A DNA stretch of 64,000 nucleotides. Origin: Octopus bimaculoides. Its lineage: Eukaryota. The notes beneath the pieces were generated by a model, which saw only the letters and a list, made by a program, of their open reading frames with translations, was not told where the DNA came from and ran no database searches. The position numbers and the translations under genes are program-made. This document shows, piece after piece, positions 53,426-64,000 of the stretch. Within the stretch, counting starts at the first letter, position 1. The number at the start of each line of letters is the position of its first letter. The DNA is taken from positions 69,780,815-69,844,814 of the forward strand of contig NC_068988.1 of assembly GCF_001194135.2 (NCBI RefSeq), given 5' to 3'.

Positions 53426-54244
53426 AACCCCAGCTTTTTACTCATTATAAGTCTTTGGTTTCAGACCTTTTAAGGTCTAGCCACTGACCACACAAGACAC
53501 AGCCACTTTCAGCAACAACACCACAGCAGCCATGTTGAGATTCATCAACTTCATCCAACAGCATTCAGCAACGTCCATCTCCATCGCCACCATCGTTCTA
53601 ATGTCAACATCTCTACATACACAACTCGACAAGCAACTCGCCCAGGTTCCAACACTTCACTGTTTGTGAATTACTTCACCATGGATCAACAGCAAATATA
53701 CAACCTGCGAGAACTCCTGTACCAAGTGACCCAGGCAGCAGCATCACAGCCACAACTTCACATGCGACATGTACTGCAACCAGCTCAACATCATGGCTGC
53801 AACTTCTTGATACAGTATTTCAACAACCATGTACAATTGACTACAAACTGGTATTCTCATTCTTGTGTCTATGAACATTCTTCTAACTTCTCATTATAGA
53901 CTCTTTCAGTGTCGTCTACATTGCTGTTCTTATATGTACTTAACATACACACATACATCTATGCCAAAACACACATACACTTTGTTCTCATGACAGCCTG
54001 TCTATTATTCTGTATACATGACATACACACAGACACACTTGTTACCATATCAATAAATACACCCTTAAATATTCTATGTGGTTGTGTCTCTCTTATTCCC
54101 TCTGGCAGTTACATATACTATCCAATTCCTCTTTATTGTATCTGCTGTATGATGTGGTACGAAAGAGCCTTTCTCATTACCTTACATTGCACAGTCATCA
54201 CATTACCCATACAACGTTTGAATTTCCAGTAGTTTAATCTTCGT

Positions 54245-54640
54245 TCTCCATCTTAATTCTTAAATGTTTTTAGATGTGTTACATCTTCACAAAATATCAT
54301 GTTGCTATTTCTAACAGCAACAACCAAAAGTTCAATCTGCTGTTTGATGTACCATCTCAGATTGTTTTTCTCATTGTCAACATAGAGTTTGCATACTATG
54401 AGGCCCCTTCCTCCCTTGTATTTAGGCATATACAGTGTATCAACATTGCTTTTAGGGTTCAGTTCTTTGTTCATTGTCATCTCCTTCTTGATTTTTCTAT
54501 CCATTTCCTTAAGCTAGTTCTTTGTCCACCTAACAATACCTGTGCCATATCATATTAAGGAGACAGCCCATGTATTCTTTTCCTTCTACATATACTACAG
54601 CTTCTTCAATCAATATCTTTTGTTTTAAAAACAAAAATTT
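54245..54640 (-). mobile_element. R4/Dong-like non-LTR retrotransposon fragment
   Basis: GTGIVRWTK..LKEMDRKIKKEMTMNKELNPKSNVDTLYMPKYKGGRGL resembles the post-RT LHP.SDVDRLY.PR..GGRGL motif. Confidence 0.65.
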
Positions 54641-55936
54641 ATTTTGTTCATGTTGTTCAATAGATTGACATTGCATTTCTTAAAAATAACTCTTCCCTTC
54701 TGTGTAGTATATTGGTCTGACTGCCTGCCATGTTCTCTGCTGACTTTTGACAGACTTTTGCAAAAGAAAAGCAGCTGCTAACTCCTAGCTCAGCCCTTCC
54801 CTGTGTCTTAAAAATCTAGGTGCTCTGACGGGTACACGATGACCCTCTCAGATAACTGATTCAGAAAGTATGTTGTGGTTGACTGGTATTTCATTCATGA
54901 AGCCTGGAGAGGTGAAAGATGAACTTAAAACTACAGCAGGATTTGAACCCAGAACACAAAGAGCCAAAGCATTTGCCACAGTGTGTTTTATCTGATACTC
55001 TAACAATTCTACCAATTAACTACCTGATATCCATTATGCTGGTACATTATCATACATTAAAATGCTACCATACTGTAATAAATACATCAAAAGAACTTCT
55101 TGATATGGGGGTCAAACCACATAGTCTCACATTTAGCCTTATATTGTAACGCTATCACAGTTATTTTTGACAAAACTAATACAAATGTTTATGAGTATTT
55201 TGTTCCTATAATAGACTGTGGACATCAATAGGCTTTTTTTGAAATGCTATCCTTTTTATCAGAAGGCTACGTTTTAAGTTAAAAATATTGTTTTGTTTAA
55301 TTGTAAAGCAGAAGAAAGCAGCGATGATAAAAATACATTGGTGTTTTCATTGGTAAACAGTATTTATTGATGTCTTCACTCTCTACATATTAGATTCATC
55401 ACGAGAAAGATAATAATCATGACAAATAGTTATCTTTTTGATTGCTAAAATAAAACTGACGTATCGCAAATGGTGTGTGATGTGTAAAAGTTTAGAGCTA
55501 GAATATATCTTTATCAAATGTCAGTTCTGTAATTAATACAAGTGACCTTCTCTGCTCTGTGATTATGCATTGGTGCCATGGTGGTATTGACTTTATTTAT
55601 TGTTATCTTATATCACAATTTCTGATCAATAGTTCCCTTAGTTACAGTTTCCCAAGAGCACAATCATTGGTTTACTGAATTTCCGAAAGTGAGACTAACT
55701 GACAAGGTAGTTTTTGTTACTCCATGCAGAATAAATATAAACAAAGGACTCTGTTTGTAAGGCATTGATCTTTCACTTTCCTTACCAATAGTTACATCCT
55801 ATTCTGACACATGTTGTAAAAAGATGTGCTCATATCTATGCATGCACATGTGCGCACACACACCAGTGTAGTACCTATAAAAATATTACAATTTTTGTTT
55901 TATTTTGTCTTCTCTCAAATATTTGTTACCTTCATT

Positions 55937-55987
<51 letters not shown>

Positions 55988-56114
55988 TTACATATATATA
56001 CATATATATACATATATATATTTATATATACATATACACTTACATACATATATATACATATATATACATACATATATATATATATATATGTATATATATA
56101 CATATATATATCCT

Positions 56115-56500
56115 TTTATTCTTACTTGTTTCAGTCATTTGACTGTGGTCATGCTGGAGCACTGCCTTTAGTCGAACAAATTGACCCCAGGACATATTTC
56201 TTGTAAGCCTAGTACTTATTCTATCAGTCTCTTTTGCTGAACTGCTATGTTACAGGGACGTAAACACACCAGCATCAGTTTTCAAGTGATGGTGGGGGGA
56301 CAAAGACAGACACATATACAAATACATACACACACGCACAAACACGTGCGCAAATACACATACACACACACACATACGACGGGCTTCTTTCAGTTTCTGT
56401 CGACCAAATCCACTCACAAGGCTTTGGTCAGCCTGAGGTTATAGTAGAAGACTTTTGCTCAAGGTGCCCAAAACCATGGGGTTGGAAAGCAAGCTTCTTA
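56115..56500 (-). mobile_element. SINE family A
   Basis: Tail at 56115; head partly deleted near 56465. Confidence 0.8.
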
Positions 56501-56879
56501 CCACACACACACACACACATATATACCATTCCCTCCCTTTATAATACTTTCTATCTGTGTCACCTCTTTTATTACAATCACTACCTTTTCCTTCTAGAAG
56601 GACAAAGAAAGCAAAATAAATATAAAATGGTCATGTAACTAAACATATTATGTATTATGATATATGATGGTTTTCTACATAGTTTTTGACTCCCAAATTC
56701 CACTCTTAAGGTATTGATCAACATAAGGCTATGATAGAATGCATGAGCCCGAGATACTTCTCAGAAGGATAAAACCCACAGCCACAATTTCGAAGTAGAC
56801 TGCTAAATCCTACAGGCATGCCTTAATTGATATCACATCTATAAATCTGTCAACAAACTACGATATTCTGTTTATCATC

Positions 56880-57974
56880 ATAGAGACTATGATCAGTGAT
56901 CTGTTTAAACTGTGAGCTGGTAGCAAGGACATTCATACTGACATGTTTGCTACATTAGAGGATGATGCTCTACCTTTATTAACAGTGCAAAAAAGGGCAG
57001 CTGAATTTAGGAGGGGATGGGAGTGTCTTGAAGATGACCCAAGGTCTGGGCATCCTGCACCTACCACCACCAAGGAAAACATTGATTGTGTTCACCACAT
57101 GGCGATGGGTGGCAGGTGATTGGCTGTAAATCGAATAGCCAATGCTATTAGCATACCCAGTGAGAAAGTGGTGAATATTCTACTCAATGAATATGGCATG
57201 ATGAAGTTTTCTGCTTGGCATGTGCCAAAGCTTCTTACACCTGATCAAAAGATCACCAGGCTGATCACAACATGGAAAAATCTAATATTGTTTGTGGCAG
57301 ATCCAGCCAGTTTCCTTGAATGCTTCCTAACTGAGGATGAGTGCTGGTTTCATCTCTTTGAACCAGTGACAAAGAGACAATCCACACTGAAGAAATACCC
57401 ATCCTCACCAGCTCCAAAGAAGGCCAATGTCATTTCATCTATGGAGAATGTGATGGCCTCAGATTTTAGGAATACAAAAGGCATTGTTATTATTATCTTC
57501 AAAAGGGCTACACCTCCAATGGAGAGTACTATGCCAAATTGCTGAGGTAGTTACAAAAGGATATCAAGGCCAAACACCCAGGAAACTATCAAAAAATGTC
57601 TTGTTTGAATAGGTCAGTGCTCCAGCACACAAGGCCTTGATCTAAATGGCTGCTGTGCATGACTGTGGCTTTGAAATTGTTGATCCCCTTCTTTATTTTC
57701 TTAATTTTCCTCCATTTGACTATCATCTGTTCCCCAACATGGAAAAGCATTTGGCTGGGAACCAGTGTCCCAGTGATGATGATGTCATGCTTTCTATTGA
57801 TAATATTTTGGACCACTAGGATGAAAGCTTCTCCATCAGTGGGATCCAAGCACATCAACATAGATGGAAGAAGTGTGTGTACCACAATGGGGACTATGTT
57901 GAAAAATAAGCCTCATTTGGTTACGTTTCATGAGAGTATCTTGGTCAGCCTCTGAACTTTTCAGCTGACCCTCG
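56880..57974 (+). mobile_element. Mariner transposon fossil (left TIR not seen)
   Basis: EDDPRSGHP, WHVPKLLTPDQK, FLTEDECWFHLFEP; right end ...TTTTCAGCTGACCCTCG followed by TA (57975-76). Confidence 0.85.
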
Positions 57975-59017
57975 TACAAGAAGTGATTTACAAAGAGTGA
58001 TTTCTACAATATATAAACTATAGTCTATCAATTTAGAATTGCCACACTGATGATAAACTCTGATAGCAATAACAGTTCTATGGCTCAGAAATTATTCAAT
58101 GTAACATCATTTAATGCTAATGTGACTTTTCTAGCATTGTTCAACCCTTTGGAAACAATTAAGTATTTAAAATCTAGTAATAAACATAAAATGTTTAAAT
58201 CGATGCTCTAGCATGGACTTGATTGTGATAGCTTCACTCAGACTAAAGATCTGAAGCCTGTTCTTTCTTGAACATTATCAATATTATCTCCATTTCTCCA
58301 TCATGTAAAAGTTTCTACAATAAATAGCAGCTAAATCTTCATCTCACACTTTATGCTCTAAGGAAGGACATATTGGATAATGTTTTCCAACATATAATAT
58401 GTTCAATCAAAACAAAAATATAATCGAATGTTAACAAGTGATGTTGGTTTGAGTCCTTCATGCAGCCTTCAACTTTTTCATTTCAAAAAGTTTTTAACCC
58501 AATATTTATACACTATTATTTATAGCTTATCTACTTCGAGATCCAATACTCCAAAAAAGAATTATTTCAGGTCTTTTCAAAGTTTAAAAATTCTTATAAC
58601 TTCAACAATGGAAACGTTACAAATGGAATACTAGATGATTCATCACAATGAAAAAAACAATACTAAATATAACATCAACACTAACAACAAGCCAGTGCTG
58701 GATCCTTTGCTTTGTCAGAAACAGCCAAATCCTCCCCCACTTTTCATTCAACAGTTTTAAATATAGAAAAGGACGAGGAGGTCATGGTTGGCATGTCTTT
58801 GATCATAGGACTGCTCTGTCAGGGTTGACCTGGTGATTTGCGACAGCTATCAACAGAAATTTTATATTTTCGAAAATATTGTTTCCAAATTAACGAAAAT
58901 TATTATTGATTTCCTTCTATCAAAAGAGTTTTTCTCTTTGTTGTCTTTCACCCCTGATCTCTCTCTTCTTCAGATGCATACAAATACATGCATAGTGATG
59001 AACAAGCACATGCACAT

Positions 59018-59062
<45 letters not shown>

Positions 59063-59720
59063 TGTAGGCATGCACTCTCAGAAAAATGTACAGACACACC
59101 CACAGATATACAGGGATACACACAAATGCACAGATAACACGTACAAGCAGAAACACCAAATGCACACTTGCCCAATGATACACATATTCACAGCACTTAT
59201 ACTGTTTAACTAAATACAGTTAATTAGGTATTTAATTAATCAAACCTTATTGCCTTAATGGGGATCATAGGTCAAAATGTGATTATTATTCTGAATTTCC
59301 TAAAATTGTTTTTTAGGAAATAAATGGATCAGTTTCAATAATCTTTGCTTCATAAATCTGATTAGTTCTGTCTAACAGACATCCTTCATATAATGATGCT
59401 AATGTAAGTATGTCTAAATATGTAACTGAAACTCTATCAATCTTTACACTCATAACTTATCATACTTTCACCAAGTAATTCCACTTCACATTAACTATTT
59501 CACCAACCACCTACATGAAGGAATGAAATGGTGTGAGGGAAAATGAAAGAGGAGAACAAGAAAGAGGTGGGGAGGAGATATCATTGTCAAACAAATAAGC
59601 AGGCATCAATGTATGCCAGCTAGTTCAAGGGAGAGCTTTTCCATGGTCTCTCTACCTGCTGGAAATAGCAGTCATATCTTCCTCAAATCATGCCTTCCCC
59701 TCTAAAATAAAGGATATGTA

Positions 59721-59941
59721 CAGTTCTGTATTTAAAGGATGAGGAATTATGTACATTATTTACATTATTTACATTTGACAGATATTTGTCCTCAACTTGT
59801 TTGTTGTTTGGCTCATATACACTCCAGCCTTCATCCAGGTCACTCCCTGGTCACTCCCTGGAATCGAACTCGGAATTTTGGGGTTAAGAGCGTGGGCTAC
59901 TAACTCCATGATTCTGAGTTCGATTCCAGGGAGTGACCTGG

Positions 59942-59996
<55 letters not shown>

Positions 59997-60160
59997 TAAT
60001 AGTAATAACATCGAAAAATACCTTGGGAATGCAAACCCAGGTTTGAAATTTCCCCAATACACCTAATGAAGTCTGGAGGGTATATGAGCCGAAGCGTTGG
60101 GTTAACAACAAATAAGACGAGGACAAATATCCGTCGATTGTAAATAATGTAAATAAAGTA
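59721..60160. mobile_element. 440-bp non-autonomous, self-inverted PLE derivative (tRNA-like segment plus (AAT)n plus hammerhead-like motif)
   Basis: 15-bp TSD AA(T/C)AAAGGATATGTA at 59706-20 and 60161-75; left arm on minus, right arm on plus; homologous to 13419-13680. Confidence 0.85.
60055..60103 (+). ncRNA. Degenerate hammerhead-ribozyme-like motif
   Basis: ATACAC-CTAATGA-AGTCT-GGAGGGTATATG-AGCC-GAAGC-GTT-GGGT: two core substitutions relative to the inferred consensus. Confidence 0.45.
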
Positions 60161-60487
60161 AACAAAGGATATGTATTAGACAAAAAATTGGGATGGTTGT
60201 GATTGGAATATCTTTCATTATAGTTCTGTTTGTTCAAGGCAGCTTGGTCTGGGGCTAACAAAAACAAAGTTTACATCAAGCCAACAAGGGAAGGCCTTAA
60301 TCTGCTAGAAATAGCAACCAAATTTCCTTCAAATCATGCCTTACTTATCTCAAGTTAAAAAAGACCTACTGGGTTATACAGTCGTTTATATACAAAAAAG
60401 ACTTGATAATAAATATATATATTACATAAACTAAAAGAAAACTGGCTGGAGAACAGGATTTATCATTATCTATGATGTCTGCATTAA

Positions 60488-60526
<39 letters not shown>

Positions 60527-60704
60527 ACATGTGCAAGTGTGTGTGTGTGCAAGTATGTGTGCATGTGTAAGTGTGTGTGTGCATGTGTTTGTGTGTCTAG
60601 GTTTGCCTGTGTGTGTATATGTGTATGTTGTGTATGCATATATGTATGAATGTATATGTGGGTTACAATGCAAAATGTTGTAAAGATATATTATTTGTGT
60701 GTGC

Positions 60705-60756
<52 letters not shown>

Positions 60757-60899
60757 ACGCACGCATGCTCACACGTGTGTGTGAATATAGGCTATAGCAA
60801 AATATGTATTTACTAATCCGATTTTAACAATGTAAGGCCTCTACTTTTGGTGAAGACAGGATTCTTGGCAAAGAAACTATATGAAGATGGCTCTTGATT

Positions 60900-61058
60900 T
60901 AGAATGTGAGAAGTTTGTTTTCCAGTCCCATGCTTTCAGGTTCAGTCTCACTGCAGGCACTTTGGGCCAGTGTCTCCTGCTATAGCACCAGGCCAATCAG
61001 AACCTTGTGAGTGGATTTGGTAGGTGGAAACTGAAAGAAACCTGTCATATATATTTAT

Positions 61059-61103
<45 letters not shown>

Positions 61104-61310
61104 TTTCGTTTGTGCTTGTCTCAACATCACTTGACAACTAGTGTTGGTTTGTTTACATCCCTGTAATTTAGAAGTTCAATAAGAGAGACCAATAGAATAA
61201 GTGATGCACTTCAAAACAAAATGTATGAGATCTATTTATTTGACTGGCGTTCTTCAAGAAAGCACCTTAGCATGGCTACAGCCCAGTGAGTGAAATGAGT
61301 AAAAAATTAA
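60900..61310 (+). mobile_element. SINE family A (older copy)
   Basis: Head, central domain, (TG)n and tail are recognisable. Confidence 0.7.
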
Positions 61311-61679
61311 AGGTTTTAATTTAGCATGATGGATTGGTAGAGTCATTAAAATGCCAGACAAAATACTTTGTGCTATTTTTTCTCTTTAGATTCAGTGTTC
61401 AAATCCCTTCCATGATGAATTTTCTCTTTCATCCTTCAATAAATAACTTACACATCAAGTATTGGACTTGATTTAAATGTTTCTAATCTGTCATCATGCA
61501 ATGAGTGAGCATGATACATTGAGTACTTGCCTATCCATGGCACTCCAATATCTGATAAAGGGACATCAGGTGGAACATATTGGTATAACATTCATATTAT
61601 CTCTTTATAATACTCCATATTACTGTCAACACATACACACAAATCTTATCATTTACACACACATACTCTCTCTTTTTAA

Positions 61680-61852
61680 AAGCACCCACTACACTCTCTG
61701 AGTGGTTGGCGTTAGGAAGGGTATCCAGCTGTAGAAACTCTGCCAAATTAGATTGGAGCCTGGTGTTGCCATCCGGTTTCACCAGTCCTCAGTCAAATCG
61801 TCCAACCCATGCTAGCATGGAAAGCGGACGTTAAACGATGATGATGATGATG

Positions 61853-61855
<3 letters not shown>
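61680..61855 (+). mobile_element. RTE 3'-UTR-type short insertion ending in (GAT)n
   Basis: GTGGTTGGCGTTAGGAAGGG...CAACCCATGCTAGCATGGAAAGCGGACGTTAAAC(GAT)n. Confidence 0.7.
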
Positions 61856-61891
<36 letters not shown>

Positions 61892-61935
61892 TAACTATCC
61901 ACCTATCTATCTATCTATCTGTCTGTCTGACTGAC

Positions 61936-61967
<32 letters not shown>

Positions 61968-62949
61968 AGTACTAACTAAAAGTGGATTCTTTACAAATAG
62001 AGATGATACAAAATGTTTAGAATAGAAATACATACATTTCAAAACAACTTCTTTATATCATAAAACTAACCACTGTCTCAAGTGAATTACTATCAAACTT
62101 CTATTTAATATTTAGAGAATTAGTAATAGGCTGGCTGTAAACATGCCATTCTTGTTTTGATGTACATGTATAAATAAGATAAATCAATTAATCACTAGAT
62201 TATGAACATATTGTAAAATATTATATAAAATACTGAAGCAGTTAATTTGGTATTTAAACTTAAACTTAAAACCAAATATTAAATGGAGAAAATAAAATCA
62301 AATTGAAATGTTCTCTAAGTGGTTTTACTTATAATTAATTTTCATTTTGTTATTTTAAACTGATTTTAACCTTACTTTAATTTGGTTTTTAACTTGTTGA
62401 TTAATTTTACATTCTTGACAACGTTGTAAAACTTCACATTAGTATAAATAATTAAGGTTAGTCTGCATAAATAAGTTTTTGGAAACCTAAATACAATATG
62501 TGCCTTAGTTTCCTTATTTCAGTTATAATTACAATTAATAAATTTCGAAAAATCCTTGTAAAAAGGGTTTAATATTTTATTTCTACATTAGGTTAAAAAG
62601 GAAAGCCCCAATCTGCTACAAATATAGACCAAACATCCTTGAAACCACAGCCTACCCTTTAAATTAATAGAGGGCAAGTCAAACTTTATAGTTATATCTT
62701 TATCTCTTGTCTTTTATCTTTGACTCATTTCAGTCATTAGACTGTGGCCATGCTGGGGCACCATCTTAATGAAAATTTAATCAAATGTATTGACACCAAA
62801 ACTTTGTTTTTAAAGCCTGGCACTTATTTTATCAGTTCCTTTTGTTGAACCATTAAATTTTTATATATACAATAAGAAAGAAATTTAGTGTAGAGGCCCT
62901 CGTTACATCATTGATGCTACACTGAGTAAGATATGTTTGCATGATGGAG

Positions 62950-63330
62950 GGCAGCAGGCTCTCAAAGGTTATTTTCTATGCTGAAGTGTGTCAGAATAGG
63001 CCAAGCCATTGTGGCTAAGTGGTTGCTATACTGGAGTGTGCTGAAGAGGAGCATGAAGAACACTGGCATCTCCCCAAACACCTCGGAAAAGTGGTCCCAG
63101 TGGCATGAGAAATGGCATTGATCACTGAAACTCATAATTCCAGCCATTGAATAGAAGCAACAGAGAGAATATGAAAGAGCACATGAGAGGCATCACATCT
63201 CTGTTGCATCAAGGAGCATCATCTGCAGCAGATGTCATTGAGCAGGCTTTGTAGCCCACATGCGAGCCTGCCAGTGATGATTACTGAACATGAACAGCCA
63301 GTGTCTACCTATGACGGACAGTCAAATATA
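62950..63330 (+). mobile_element. Decayed RTE-type LINE C-terminus
   Basis: RLSKVIFYAE...VLKRSMKNTGISPNT...ICSRC...GFVAHMRAC. Confidence 0.6.
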
Positions 63331-63332
63331 GA

Positions 63333-63384
<52 letters not shown>

Positions 63385-64000
63385 GTGTGTGTGTGCACAA
63401 GTGAGTGGACAATTGAAAGAAAGTGGCACTCAGCAAATCAGGTCGGAGTTACATATATTATTATTATTTAAAAAACAGTTTGATTCAGTCCCAGGCGATT
63501 TAGTTTTGTAGGCCCATCAAGCTCATCAATTCGGTAGCCTGCACCTGATGAACTACGTTCCTATGCCAAGCCTACAAAACTAGGTTACATGGGGCCACAT
63601 CAAATTATTTTTACATAATAATAATATCATATGAGTTATTCACAAGGGAAGTAGTACTAGTACTAAATAGCAATCTGTATATCCTACATAAAGTAGGTAT
63701 TGTTTTTTTTAATCAGAAAGTCACAAACAAAGCAAAAAGCCACTTACTGTAAGAGACTATGAAGGAGGAGAGATTAAGATGAAAAGCATGAATTTACTTC
63801 AGACTTGAAAGAGTTCAGGTCATAAGAAGGAGGAAAAATAATGAGATGGAAGAGAGTTCCAAAGCCTAGCAGTTCAAGGTAAAATGCTACGACCACAGAA
63901 AGACTTCTTTATATGTGGAAGCACATCAGAATTTGGATGAAAACACTGTGAGCTTCAAGTCAGGTCAGACAGCACAAAGTGATCTAAAACAACAAGAAAA

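Noticed and set aside
53480-53900. CA-rich segment with ORF MDQQQIYNLRELL..., possibly a gag start
   Set aside because: No LTR, zinc knuckle or pol sequence supports it.
1-64000. CRISPR arrays, operons or other prokaryotic systems
   Set aside because: There are no regularly spaced repeat-spacer arrays and no gene-dense regions; the sequence is clearly animal repeat-rich DNA.

Overview
This is AT-rich, repeat-dense eukaryotic (animal) DNA with many (TA)n/(CA)n/(AAT)n microsatellites and N-gaps. The dominant SINE families resemble octopus repeats as I recall them; this assignment is unverified. No intact protein-coding gene, rRNA, true tRNA or CRISPR array can be supported. Most long ORFs in the track are microsatellite/gap artefacts or decayed transposon fragments. 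Transposons found: a full-length TA-flanked Tc1 fossil (2312-3551), three mariner fossils, several RTE-type LINE fossils, an R4/Dong-like fragment, a Mag-like Ty3/gypsy provirus remnant with a related solo LTR, a second gypsy integrase remnant, TTAA-flanked MITEs (piggyBac-like and Kolobok-like) and many tRNA-derived SINEs. The most interesting signal is a Penelope-like element (PLE; RT thumb plus GIY-YIG endonuclease, 13419-14577). Its 3' region joins a tRNA-like Pol III A/B-box segment to a minimal hammerhead-ribozyme-like motif. The same non-coding module occurs without the ORF at two other loci (20397-20496 and 59721-60160) as self-inverted insertions, each with its own target-site duplication. 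A few possible host exons are reported at low confidence.
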